The notes under the pieces: model-generated
What the model saw: only the letters and a program-made list of their open reading frames with translations
The model's database searches: none
Told to the model about the DNA's origin: nothing
Translations under genes and position numbers: made by a program
Virus record (IMG/VR): IMGVR_UViG_3300025251_000012
Span: 14,444-78,443 of that record
Reading direction: 5' to 3' (one strand)
Length of the DNA: 64,000 nucleotides
Source of the DNA: a virus
Lineage: Duplodnaviria > Caudoviricetes
Shown: one piece after another, positions 47,937 to 57,567 of the stretch
Numbering within the stretch: the first letter of the stretch is position 1
Layout: every line of letters starts with the position of its first letter

Positions 47937-49008
47937 CTCCCCGTTTCAAATAAGCAAGGGTTGTATCTAAAACCGCTTCCTTTGTGGCATCGGGTATATC
48001 CATACCAGCAATGTAAGTAGACGCCAGTTCTTCTATAGAATTAGTGCCACTTTTAACCGCTTCTACAGCATTCTTAGCCGATTCGCGGCAAGCAGAGACC
48101 GAAACATCGTGGATGATATCTAGAATACGAGCGTCTTTTTCTAGCTCCTGGATATAATCCGCTGGCAAAAGTTCAGACTTTATTTTGAAGCGTGCAAAGT
48201 TTTTTGCATTGAGCTTTCTCAGGACATCTTCCGCTTCGGTGGGCGTGTCTATATTAAAGTAGCGTGGGCCAGGTACTTGCACGCTTTTAATATCGCCCGC
48301 ATTGTACGTAGTAACATGCCCATAATTATGTCCCAGGTTGTCCCATCCCGTAGGGACTAGGGCTCCGACTTGTACAATCGGTTGCTTATTAGGCCCAGCC
48401 CATTGCTTACGATCATGCCAATCCCCCACAAACACGCCGCCAAGCTTATATTTATCGCACCAGCTACGCACCGTATGGATAGAAACAGACGACTCTGTAT
48501 TAACAAGCCACTCCGGGGTGTTGGTGTCACTAATACCAAAATGGGCAGCTAGGATAGTTCCTTCTGGAAAGTCTGCATCTTCTAGAACACCGCGCACGTT
48601 GTCTGCCATATTGCCCGGAATGAACGGCACAGCTAGTACAGAAGTACCGTTAAAACTTTCATGTGTTAGTAGGGTAGGGCTTGTTACGCAGTGAACGTGT
48701 GGAAGCCAGTCGAGAACAGAGATAGCAGAATCCCCTTCATGCGAAGATGCAATGTCGTGATTTCCTGCAAGAACAAACGTGGGCGTTTTGGGGTAAAGCG
48801 CATCGCCAGTTGCCTTCAGTATCGCTGGGTGCGGGTTATGCCTATCAAATAAATCGCCCAGAATAATTAGGGAGCCGTCAGCCGCTACGCCACTAGCAGT
48901 GCCAAAAGAAGTTATAACTTCTCGACACCTAGTGTTGATGTGCCCCACTAGCTCCCCGCCACACTTCTTATGGTTTCCTACGTGTACGTCGGCTATAAAA
49001 CTAATCAT
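47929..49008 (-). CDS. SbcD/Mre11/gp47-like nuclease
   Basis: ADVHVG, LGDLFD, AGNHD, AAHF, GDWH motifs; next to SbcC-like gene. Confidence 0.9.
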   Translation of the reverse strand: MISFIADVHVGNHKKCGGELVGHINTRCREVITSFGTASGVAADGSLIILGDLFDRHNPHPAILKATGDALYPKTPTFVLAGNHDIASSHEGDSAISVLDWLPHVHCVTSPTLLTHESFNGTSVLAVPFIPGNMADNVRGVLEDADFPEGTILAAHFGISDTNTPEWLVNTESSVSIHTVRSWCDKYKLGGVFVGDWHDRKQWAGPNKQPIVQVGALVPTGWDNLGHNYGHVTTYNAGDIKSVQVPGPRYFNIDTPTEAEDVLRKLNAKNFARFKIKSELLPADYIQELEKDARILDIIHDVSVSACRESAKNAVEAVKSGTNSIEELASTYIAGMDIPDATKEAVLDTTLAYLKRGDA

Positions 49009-49912
49009 CGGTTGGCTCCTTATCAGACCCTAACAAGCCCCACTCCCCGTTTTCACAGATTTCCAAAAGGGTGGGGTTGTCAAAAGAAAGCCGTTCCACC
49101 TGTATTTGAACGGCGTCATTGTTGTTGTCGATCAAAACATAACTGCGGTCATTACGTGCAGCGACCTCACCTAGGGTGCCGCTACCACTAAAGCAATCCA
49201 AACAACGGTCCCCCTGATTAGAATGGACCTTTATAATGCGCTCTAAAATACCCGCTGGTTTTTGCGTAGGGTAGCCTGTGCGTTCTTTGCCGTTAGTGGG
49301 TACAATTGTGTGCCACCAAACGTCGGTAGGTGTCTTGCCTTTAGCAGCCTTCTCCTTCCCCACCAATCCTGGTGCCATATAGGGAATGCGGTCCATGACG
49401 TCGTAATTGAAGGTATAGTTCTGCGGGTCCTTCGCGTACCACAGGATAGTGTCATGCTTGGTGGGCCACCGTTTCTTACTACGAGCCCCATAATCATAGG
49501 CCCATATGATTTCATTCATAAACGAATCGCGCCCAAAAATGTCGTCCAGCATCACCTTGACGTAGTGAACTTCTCGATAATCTAGATGTAGGAAGAACGA
49601 CCCATTGTCTGTTAATACACGATGGGCTTGCTCCAGACGTGGTTCCAGAAACTCAAGAAAACCATCAAATGTGTCGGTGTATTGGTAGTCGCTTATAACT
49701 TCGCTGTTGTATCGGTGCCCACCAAAACCAGTCCTGTCACCGGTTTCGTCTTGCGTTACTTGCAGTCGTTTTTGTCTGCGCGTTGTTCCGGTATTAAATG
49801 GTGGGTCAATATAAATAAGCTCAAACGAACTTTCCATAAAAGCAGCCAGTGCGCTGAGATTATCGCCACGGATTATCATCGAAGGCGTTACGTCGGATTC
49901 AAAAGTTATCAT
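49001..49912 (-). CDS. DNA methyltransferase, N6/N4 (beta-class) family
   Basis: IYIDPPF, YPTQKP, LDCFSGSGT. Confidence 0.92.
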   Translation of the reverse strand: MITFESDVTPSMIIRGDNLSALAAFMESSFELIYIDPPFNTGTTRRQKRLQVTQDETGDRTGFGGHRYNSEVISDYQYTDTFDGFLEFLEPRLEQAHRVLTDNGSFFLHLDYREVHYVKVMLDDIFGRDSFMNEIIWAYDYGARSKKRWPTKHDTILWYAKDPQNYTFNYDVMDRIPYMAPGLVGKEKAAKGKTPTDVWWHTIVPTNGKERTGYPTQKPAGILERIIKVHSNQGDRCLDCFSGSGTLGEVAARNDRSYVLIDNNNDAVQIQVERLSFDNPTLLEICENGEWGLLGSDKEPTDD

Positions 49913-49916
49913 TGGT

Positions 49917-50906
49917 TTAGACTCCTTTGGCTATTACTTCGGCTTCTAAAGCACTTAGTTTCTTTGGGTCTTCTTCTAAAGCATCAACGCATCGCCTTTT
50001 GCCTTGCCCCAACTTCTCACCATTGAATGAGAACCAGGCCCCAGACTGGACAACTACTCCGGCATCAATCGCCGCCTCTAGTACTGCGGCACTTTTTATA
50101 ACGCCCCGCCCGTACCAGATTTCAAACTCACAAGTTTGGAAGGGGGGAGCCACTTTGTTTTTTACGACTTTCACACGAGTGCGCGACCCATAGGGTTGCT
50201 CGATCCCATCGACTTTGTGCTTTAAAGTTTTTATGCGCCGAATGTCTAGACGTACAGAAGCATAAAACTTCAGGGAGTTGCCGCCCGTCGTGGTTTCTGG
50301 CGATCCATAAAAGACCCCGATCTTGTGCCTTATCTGGTTGATAAATATCAAAATAGCGTTGTTGGTCGATATCACAGCGGCCAATTTACGGAGTGCTTGA
50401 CTCATAAGCCTAGCTTGCAGGCCCATGTGCTTTTGCCCCATGTCCCCCTCAATCTCTGCTCTGGGTGTAAGCGCTGCAACTGAGTCCACAACTACTATCT
50501 GTGCGCCCGCGCTTATATAGGTGGACGCCGCTTCTAGCGCATCTTCCCCACAGTCAGGCTGCGTTAATGCCATGGCGTCTAGGTCAACGCCTAACGCCTC
50601 GGCATAGAAAGGGTCTAGCGCGTGTTCTGCGTCTACAAAACCCGCAATACCACCGGCTTCTTGAACACTAGCCATAGCGTGTAAAGCTAGGGTTGTTTTA
50701 CCACTTGATTCAGGGCCGTATATTTCAACAATCCTACCCTTCGGGTAACCACCAACGCCTAGAGCAACATCTAAGGGTAGTACCCCTGAAGACGCCGCTT
50801 CCACTTTGTGCCCGGTATTTGCTCCAACTATAAAAGACGAACCATCACCAAGCTTTTCGTGCACCGCATCAACAAGTTTTTGTAAGCGCTCTTGCTTAGT
50901 CGCCAT
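49917..50906 (-). CDS. recA: RecA recombinase (bacterial-type)
   Basis: GRIVEIYGPESSGKTT, DAEHALD, QARLMSQALRKL, TTGGNSLKFYASVRLDIRR, KVVKNKVAPPF. Confidence 0.97.
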   Translation of the reverse strand: MATKQERLQKLVDAVHEKLGDGSSFIVGANTGHKVEAASSGVLPLDVALGVGGYPKGRIVEIYGPESSGKTTLALHAMASVQEAGGIAGFVDAEHALDPFYAEALGVDLDAMALTQPDCGEDALEAASTYISAGAQIVVVDSVAALTPRAEIEGDMGQKHMGLQARLMSQALRKLAAVISTNNAILIFINQIRHKIGVFYGSPETTTGGNSLKFYASVRLDIRRIKTLKHKVDGIEQPYGSRTRVKVVKNKVAPPFQTCEFEIWYGRGVIKSAAVLEAAIDAGVVVQSGAWFSFNGEKLGQGKRRCVDALEEDPKKLSALEAEVIAKGV

Positions 50907-50909
50907 TAG

Positions 50910-50933
50910 AAAAGTCTCCGACGTATAGGGTGT
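50910..50933 (-). repeat. 24-bp motif copy 1 (overlaps recA RBS)
   Basis: + strand AAAAGTCTCCGACGTATAGGGTGT; 22/24 identical to 62849-62872. Confidence 0.75.
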
Positions 50934-50948
50934 AAATAGGCTACAAGA

Positions 50949-50992
50949 GACAGGTAATAATTATTACTAAAGGGTAACGATTATTACCTGTC
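50949..50992. other. Long intergenic hairpin between ssb and recA
   Basis: GACAGGTAATAATTATTAC-taaagg-GTAACGATTATTACCTGTC; on - strand a 19-bp stem with one G-U and one mismatch. Confidence 0.75.
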
Positions 50993-51022
50993 CCAGTAAG
51001 TAGCTTATTTTTGTCTAAACTT

Positions 51023-51772
51023 TTAGCCTCTGTTGAAGTCATCGAGAGCCGAACAGCTTGGCACTGTCTCAGCATCAATAACCGTTCCGGCCGTTAGTGC
51101 TGGATAGTTTGGGGTGTTTAAACCAAGTGCTGCGGAAGCATTTTCTAGTACATGATTCGGCGCGGCTGCGGTGAATCGGTCTAGATCTGTACGCTGATCC
51201 AACCATGTCATATCACTAAGCTGGGTCTCGTGCCTCGATGGACGCACATCGTACTTAGTGCTTAGGCCGGAACCCTCGCGGTGAATATTGATATCAAACC
51301 CCGTTTCAGGGTGTGTGAAGTCGCCCCCACTATCGCTATCATTACGGATATTTCGTAATTGGTTATAGATCATTTTCCCAAAAGCGAAGACCTGTACACC
51401 AGCATCAGAGTCATCCACGTTAACGACTTCACCAAAAACACGCATTTTAGGCCAAAGCTTATAGGCCTCTTCCCGGTCCATCTTGTTACCGGTGCGGCTA
51501 AGACGGTTAGCTTCCATACAAACGGGGCACGGCAAGTTGTACATCTTGCTAGGACACGGGAAAACAATTAGCTGCGCATCGGGCACGTTGGGTTCGCGCA
51601 CATAGTGTTGTTGCACAATAACCCAAGGGGCTTTCGCACCTACTTGCGGCGGCAAAAAACGGATAGTGTTCTTGCCCTCTTTTAGCTTCATGATCTCAAT
51701 CGCGTCTTGGCGGTCTCCATCAGCTTCTTTACTAGCGGCCTCGTCGGTCCACGGTTCATAGTTCTTAGACAT
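51023..51772 (-). CDS. gp32-like single-stranded DNA-binding protein
   Basis: KLKEGKNTIRFLP, HY, CP..CPVC, FAFGKMIY.QL, GFDINIHREGSGLSTKYDV. Confidence 0.85.
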   Translation of the reverse strand: MSKNYEPWTDEAASKEADGDRQDAIEIMKLKEGKNTIRFLPPQVGAKAPWVIVQQHYVREPNVPDAQLIVFPCPSKMYNLPCPVCMEANRLSRTGNKMDREEAYKLWPKMRVFGEVVNVDDSDAGVQVFAFGKMIYNQLRNIRNDSDSGGDFTHPETGFDINIHREGSGLSTKYDVRPSRHETQLSDMTWLDQRTDLDRFTAAAPNHVLENASAALGLNTPNYPALTAGTVIDAETVPSCSALDDFNRG

Positions 51773-51794
51773 TACAAATTCTCCTTTGGGCTTA

Positions 51795-52199
51795 TTAAAA
51801 CGATTTCATTTCTGCGCGGGTATGAGCACCCAACGAAATTAACATATCTCGCTTTGTGCGAAGAGATTCCAAAACCCCATAAAGGTAGGCGGCCTCCGCT
51901 TCGCACTCTATTTCTTTAGTCTTAACTTCCAGCCAAACGGGGTCTAGCTCGACTGTCGCGTCTACCATAGACTCGGTGGCACGCTTCCCGGACACTTCTA
52001 TTGTTTCTCGTGCGATCATGCGCAAGCGCGATCTTGTTATGTCACGGTTTAGTTTCGCCTCTGCAAACGCCTTTTTACTATTTGCGTATAGTTCAGAGAA
52101 ATAAGCGAAGTCAGACGGCAGACGAATATACTCTTCGTTTAGAGCAACTTCATCTATGGTCACGCTTGTACGCGCTAGGGCTATGTCTTCTTGTTTCAT
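51795..52199 (-). CDS. UvsY-like recombination mediator
   Basis: Helical 134 aa, IDE..LNEEY...KRATESMVDA...ESLRTKRDMLISL; between pol and ssb. Confidence 0.6.
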   Translation of the reverse strand: MKQEDIALARTSVTIDEVALNEEYIRLPSDFAYFSELYANSKKAFAEAKLNRDITRSRLRMIARETIEVSGKRATESMVDATVELDPVWLEVKTKEIECEAEAAYLYGVLESLRTKRDMLISLGAHTRAEMKSF

Positions 52200-54703
52200 C
52201 GGTCCTCCGGTGGTTCATAGGTTTCTAATTCTGCCCAGGACGGGCCTACTTCCATATCGACTACAAAGGGGATCCCCCTTGATTCCCATCGAGTCATGAT
52301 CTTTTTCATGTGCCACGCGCCCTCGTCTAAACAGTCTTCGCCCAGTTCCAGCATGATTGAATCGTGCACTGTGCTGACCACCTTGGCCGGAAAGTGGTCT
52401 GCCCTAATCCAATTAACTATTTCAACAAGGGACTTTAGGCATATATCCGAGGCTGTCCCTTGGACCGGCGTATTCCATGTGGCGCGTCTAGCGCTACTTT
52501 GAGCCTTTTTGTCGCTAGAAAACAGGTCTGGCAACCAACGTCTACGCGCCTTTTCGCCAGCCCACCATGTTGAGGCATACCCAAAGGACTTCGCGGTCTC
52601 AACCTGTTCAGAGATCCAATCTGCTAAGACGTGGAATTTTCCTAATATTGATATCCGTAAGTGGGCAGCTTCATCGACACTACAGCCTATTTGCTTTGCA
52701 ATACCGGTGTTGCTCATCCCGTACAGAAGCCCAAAGTTAAAAGTTTTTGCCGCCTGCCGGTGGAGCTTCTTCACTTCACTTGGTTCTATTCCCCACATTG
52801 ATTTAGAAACTAGTTCCGCTGTTCGCTGGTGGTAGTCCACGCCAGAAGTAAAGATTTCAGCCATCTCTGGGTCGCCAGACAACATAGCCGCCACTCTAAG
52901 TTCAAGCTGTGAATAATCGGCCTGTAGAAACATAAGCCCCTTTTTCGGCCTGAAGGCTAGGCGTATGGCGCGGCCAAGATCTGTGTCTGCTCTGGGTATA
53001 TTCTGTAGATTAGGTTCCCTACAAGAAAGTCTCCCGCTGGCAGTCCCGTCTAAGAGTAGGTCCGAGTGAACGCGCCCTTCATCTGTAATGTGGGGCAGTA
53101 GCCCGTCGGCGTATGTGCTTTTTACTTTACTTAGTTTGCGCCATTCAAGAATGTTGCCAACCATGGGGTCTAGATTTGTCATGGATTTTAAGACGGCCGC
53201 GCTTACCGAAGGCTTGCCCCCGGGTGTCTTGTCCTTTACGGGGTAACCTTTCACATCAAATAGATAGTGCCCAACGCTTACAGGCGAATCTGGATTGAGA
53301 GATTCGGCACTAAACACTTTTTCTAGCTCTGTTTGTTTAGACTCTATGAACGTAGACAGCGCCTCAATTTGTGCCCTGTCTACAGGCATACCCCAAAATT
53401 CTACGTGTGTGATAGCGCCGCTCGCTGGTAGAACTATATTTAGGCAGGCTCGTTTCAGGTCTGGGGTACGTCTTAAAGCCCCTTTGAACATACGGCATAG
53501 GCGAAAAGTTGCGACGGCATCGAGCGCGTTGTAGCGCCACAAAATATCCTCTGGAATTGCTGCGTAAGCATAGGCCCCAGGCTGCGGTTTTCCCTCGGAC
53601 TTCAAGCGGCTTATTTCAGTTTTAACATAGTTATGCGCTTCGTCTTTATGTGTTCCCATACCTACAAGGTGGCTCATATCGGCTAGACTTGCAGATTCGG
53701 TGTTCGCTAACAGTTTAGAAAAAAGTCTAGAGTCTCCACCAATGCCAACGGTGTCGATATCGAGGGCTTTTTTTATAGCACCCACATCAAATTTGACATT
53801 CTGCCCAAACTTTAGAAGGTGTTTATCTGAAAAAATTCTTCCGAGTGCGTCTGCGTTTTCTTTTATAAGATCTTTAGGGATCACATAAACGGCATCTTCG
53901 GTACAAGCAAAGGCTATAGATAGTAAGTGGTAATCTGAGTCATGAAATTTCCTGCCATATGTTTCTACGTCAAACGCGCATGACCCGTATGCGCGAATTT
54001 CGCTCACTATTCTGCGAACGTCACTCCTAGTTTCAGCCACTAAAACATCAGTATCTGTTGGTGGTGGGGGGAAGGCCACGCCAGCGGCCTCCACACAACC
54101 ACCTATAATACCTTTCGTGTACGTCAATAGCTGAGATCGTACAGCTATATTATCAATAGCCCTGCTTATTGGCGGCAATAACACAGCAAGATACCCGTTT
54201 GGGCTCCACGCATAACTTCTAAGGCGTCGAGCTTTTGTGCCCACAACCGCTTCCCAAGCTTCTGGCCCATAACAAAGAATTAGTCTGGCGTCAGCTTCTT
54301 CCAGGGACCATTTTAAATGTTTGCGGCAAGCCTCTAATTCTAATGGTTTAGACTTTGAAACACCGCACCTAGTAGCCATGGCAAACCTGGCGCAAGGCAT
54401 ATTCTCCTGAAACCAAGCTTCTATTTCGGACCCAACGCGCGTGCTGTTTGCACTTGAACTTTTAACGTCAAGATTTGTCGGGGTAAACACGCACAGCGTA
54501 GGCACACAAGTCTTCAGCCACTGCTCGTTTTTCTCCAAGTTCTTCGGTGGTTCAATCTGTAGGTCGTTAATTGGAAACATAGCTCGGTCTTTGTGCCTAG
54601 GACAGTCTTCGCATGACGAGACTGGTTCTTTTGCTTCAACAGTCTCTACAGCAAAAGGCAGCCAAATTTGCTCATCCGTGTATAAGGGCAGTGTTTTCAT
54701 CAA
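52196..54703 (-). CDS. polA: Family A DNA polymerase with N-terminal UDG-like domain and 3'-5' exonuclease (SPO1-type)
   Basis: AFDVET, GQNVKFD, YNALDA (exo); QADYSQLELR, RQAAKTFNFGLLYG, TVHDSI (pol); N-term CEDCP...ATRC...ELEACRKHL (UDG family 4-like). Confidence 0.93.
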   Translation of the reverse strand: MMKTLPLYTDEQIWLPFAVETVEAKEPVSSCEDCPRHKDRAMFPINDLQIEPPKNLEKNEQWLKTCVPTLCVFTPTNLDVKSSSANSTRVGSEIEAWFQENMPCARFAMATRCGVSKSKPLELEACRKHLKWSLEEADARLILCYGPEAWEAVVGTKARRLRSYAWSPNGYLAVLLPPISRAIDNIAVRSQLLTYTKGIIGGCVEAAGVAFPPPPTDTDVLVAETRSDVRRIVSEIRAYGSCAFDVETYGRKFHDSDYHLLSIAFACTEDAVYVIPKDLIKENADALGRIFSDKHLLKFGQNVKFDVGAIKKALDIDTVGIGGDSRLFSKLLANTESASLADMSHLVGMGTHKDEAHNYVKTEISRLKSEGKPQPGAYAYAAIPEDILWRYNALDAVATFRLCRMFKGALRRTPDLKRACLNIVLPASGAITHVEFWGMPVDRAQIEALSTFIESKQTELEKVFSAESLNPDSPVSVGHYLFDVKGYPVKDKTPGGKPSVSAAVLKSMTNLDPMVGNILEWRKLSKVKSTYADGLLPHITDEGRVHSDLLLDGTASGRLSCREPNLQNIPRADTDLGRAIRLAFRPKKGLMFLQADYSQLELRVAAMLSGDPEMAEIFTSGVDYHQRTAELVSKSMWGIEPSEVKKLHRQAAKTFNFGLLYGMSNTGIAKQIGCSVDEAAHLRISILGKFHVLADWISEQVETAKSFGYASTWWAGEKARRRWLPDLFSSDKKAQSSARRATWNTPVQGTASDICLKSLVEIVNWIRADHFPAKVVSTVHDSIMLELGEDCLDEGAWHMKKIMTRWESRGIPFVVDMEVGPSWAELETYEPPEDR

Positions 54704-54712
54704 GAACCTCTT

Positions 54713-55366
54713 TTATGTGCTCAAAGCTTCGCAAATGCGCTCGATACGGTGCTTCAAATTTGTTGCCCGTTTCAGGACGGGTACTTGTTCGCGCCAACCC
54801 TCGCAAGACTCGAAGATTTTGGCCGGATCTTTTGTGCCCCTATCAAGAAAATATATGACCACGTTCTTTAGTTTGCGTGCCGTCACAAGTTCTTCCGGGG
54901 CAGATCCATTTGAAGGTATTTCAGTGCGGGGAGTTTCTTCAACTTCTGCACTTTCTGGAACCACTGCTGGCGAAGGTTCGGCAGCGGCAGCCGGTTCAAT
55001 GCTCTCAGAGTTTGAACTTTCTACAACTAATGCAGGCGTGGGAGCCTCTGCTTGCTTCTTCGCTCGGGGCTTGCGAGTTTTCTTAGCCGTCTTTTTAGGG
55101 GGCTCGGGCGTACTATCTGCTGCTGACTCCCCAACTTCAGAAAGCGTCTGCGCCGAAATTTCTGTTTCCTGTTGCAAAGCACTTGCCATTTCTTGCGCAA
55201 CTTTGCGTGCATCAGCACTAGCTTCGGGAGCCTCCACTGCCTTTAAGATTTGCATGGCTTCCTCAACAGTACAGCCAACTTGAAGTACACCGTCCTTATG
55301 GTTGTACATAAAAGTTTTCTCATTACCATCCATAACAATAATTCCTGAAAATGCTGTCACTATCAT
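54713..55366 (-). CDS. Hypothetical protein with low-complexity A/E/P/K linker
   Basis: 217-aa ORF in replication operon. Confidence 0.55.
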   Translation of the reverse strand: MIVTAFSGIIVMDGNEKTFMYNHKDGVLQVGCTVEEAMQILKAVEAPEASADARKVAQEMASALQQETEISAQTLSEVGESAADSTPEPPKKTAKKTRKPRAKKQAEAPTPALVVESSNSESIEPAAAAEPSPAVVPESAEVEETPRTEIPSNGSAPEELVTARKLKNVVIYFLDRGTKDPAKIFESCEGWREQVPVLKRATNLKHRIERICEALST

Positions 55367-55368
55367 TT

Positions 55369-56238
55369 CTAGTCTCCATTTTTTACGTCGGTTCGCGCGG
55401 AACTGTAAGCATTACACAACCACGCATAGCCAAGGGTTGCTGGATCCTCACAAGGAGGCAGTTTAACGGGTATCGCAAAGCATCCACGGACACGTAAACG
55501 CATCGCAAAGGCCCATCCTTCTTGCCACGCATCGCCGTCCAAGGCAATGCAAAGCGGGCGATTTGCCCGGGTAATAATTTCCTCTTGAGCGTTTGTAGGT
55601 TTGCCCAACACCGCCACCGCATGGGGCCAAAGTGCTAAAGCATCAAAAACACCTTCAACTACGAAGGCCGGTTCTTTTGTGGGCACCGAAAGTATAGACT
55701 TATTGAATAGCGCTGTGGCGCGCTTAAAGCCCTTCGGGTATCGGTACTTTGGTTCAACTTGATCGTTGATCGCCCGGGCCGACCATCCGGCAAGTGTCCC
55801 GTCAACCCGTTCAACCGGGACCAGCACTCTACCCAGCCAATAGTTATTGCCTATGACACCGCCCACGTTCGCCGCTTGACACACCGCTTTGCTGATACCG
55901 CGCCCCTCCAGGTACCTTCGGTGTGGCTCTAGTACTTGAGCGGGTACACCCGCACGCGGGTAGATAGGCTCAAACCCATTCGGTAGGGACATAGTGTTTG
56001 AATCGGAAAAAGTCTCCGGTGGTGGGCGTATCTGTAGGCGTTCGCCAACATCAATCCGACCGCGCACCTTACATCGCCAGCACCCAAACCACCCAGATTC
56101 TGTGTTGATAGCAAGGCACCGTTTTCTGTCGTCTTTCCCCACTTTGCCCACACAGTGTGGACAATCTAAACGCACCCATTCCCGACCAGATTGCTCCGGC
56201 GGCAGGGCGTCGAATAGTTGTTGTATGTTAGAAGTCAT
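55369..56238 (-). CDS. DNA primase (Zn finger + TOPRIM)
   Basis: CPHC...CWRC; VVEGVFDAL; ALDGDA. Confidence 0.9.
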   Translation of the reverse strand: MTSNIQQLFDALPPEQSGREWVRLDCPHCVGKVGKDDRKRCLAINTESGWFGCWRCKVRGRIDVGERLQIRPPPETFSDSNTMSLPNGFEPIYPRAGVPAQVLEPHRRYLEGRGISKAVCQAANVGGVIGNNYWLGRVLVPVERVDGTLAGWSARAINDQVEPKYRYPKGFKRATALFNKSILSVPTKEPAFVVEGVFDALALWPHAVAVLGKPTNAQEEIITRANRPLCIALDGDAWQEGWAFAMRLRVRGCFAIPVKLPPCEDPATLGYAWLCNAYSSARTDVKNGD

Positions 56239-56241
56239 AAC

Positions 56242-57567
56242 TTATTGCCCGCTGCCAAAGTTAATTAATTGCGTGCTGTTCGTTAGGCGACCAAATGCAA
56301 AGTCAGTCTTGAACGGTCCCAGCGCTTTTCTACTCGCACCGTGCCGATTCTTTGCCACAAAAATTTCAACTTCCCGTTCGGCCTCTGGCGTTTCTGTGAC
56401 TGTTAGCGTGACCACTAGGTCTGCAACGCGTACCTTGTGCATAGAATCGGCCACATCATCTTGGTCTAGTCGCTTTGTACCCATCTTTTTACGGGTAGCC
56501 TGTGAAGCAGTCCAGCCCCACAAGCCGCGCTCGTGACATCCTACGCGCAAAGACTCATAGACCTTGCCCATTTCGCTGTAGTCACTTCGTTCCCCCGCTG
56601 CTGCTAGTTTATCTGCGTAGTCTACGACCAGGCAGTCAACGCTTCGATTATCTAACCGCTGCACCTCATCGACCCAACTCATAATATCTTGTGCCGTTGT
56701 CGCTTTTGCTGTGAATTCTCGGATTCTTGTGGGGCCAATTTTGTGCGCAAGGTTTTTCAAGCGATCTGCCGCAATGGGCGACCCCGATAGTATTTTATGT
56801 AGGGGTATTTGTGTGAGTGAAGCGGTCATCCGTGCAAGCACTACGGGTTCTGGAAGTTCTAACGTTGCGTAAAGTGTCGAGCACCCTTGTGCTGCCGCCA
56901 TCGCTGCCACTTGTGTTAGGTACATGGATTTCCCATCACCCGACCCACCAATAACAACGCCTAACGACCCCCGGGGAAGCCCCCCGTCCAAATAGTAATC
57001 CAAGTCATCAACCCCTGTGGGCAACTTGTCCAAATGGCGCAAGGCTGAAATTTCGGACAACGCTGCCGCTTCCAACTTCAAACCCGAAGACTGTTTTGAG
57101 ATTCCGATCTTGTTTGCGTCTTCGATTAACCGCATGGCTTTATTCAGATCGCCGTGCTGCCCAAATTCTGTGAGCGCTATTTTTAATGCGAACTGTTGCT
57201 TTCTACGTTTTAAAATTGGGGCGATTTCTGAAACTACAGCCTCTTCTGATATAGGGTTCGTGTCATCTTCGGAAGCTTCCAGAAGATCTAGGGCATCTAC
57301 TACAATACCCCTTTTTATTTTCCCTTCCCCACACCAACGCTGTAGTCGCTGCAACACCACAACGCTCCCACCAGGTCCGCGCCCAGTGTCTAATTGTATG
57401 TGCTTACACGCGCGCGCTAACCAGATCCCGGCCTCTGCCTGTAGGGTGTCCGGTTCTAACGCATGACCAGCACGGGCAAAAAATGACTCGCTTGAGACCA
57501 TATAGAATATGACCCACTGCTCAAATTTCGGGTCGAGCCCAAGTTTGTCTTGACCTACCATACCCAC
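56242..57567 (-). CDS. DnaB-like replicative helicase
   Basis: GGSGDGKS Walker A, YATLE, VVDYAD, WTASQ, VAKNRHG. Confidence 0.9.
   Translation of the reverse strand: MGMVGQDKLGLDPKFEQWVIFYMVSSESFFARAGHALEPDTLQAEAGIWLARACKHIQLDTGRGPGGSVVVLQRLQRWCGEGKIKRGIVVDALDLLEASEDDTNPISEEAVVSEIAPILKRRKQQFALKIALTEFGQHGDLNKAMRLIEDANKIGISKQSSGLKLEAAALSEISALRHLDKLPTGVDDLDYYLDGGLPRGSLGVVIGGSGDGKSMYLTQVAAMAAAQGCSTLYATLELPEPVVLARMTASLTQIPLHKILSGSPIAADRLKNLAHKIGPTRIREFTAKATTAQDIMSWVDEVQRLDNRSVDCLVVDYADKLAAAGERSDYSEMGKVYESLRVGCHERGLWGWTASQATRKKMGTKRLDQDDVADSMHKVRVADLVVTLTVTETPEAEREVEIFVAKNRHGASRKALGPFKTDFAFGRLTNSTQLINFGSGQ

Noticed and set aside
52196-54703. Z-base (2-aminoadenine) or other hypermodified genome
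   Set aside because: No purZ or base-synthesis genes visible in this window; an adenine MTase argues for ordinary adenine.
54441-55283. 280-aa + strand ORF and the many other antisense/nested ORFs in the track (e.g. 4887..5387, 55994..56536)
   Set aside because: They lie opposite well-supported genes, lack RBS or motifs, and are explained by codon bias of the real strand.
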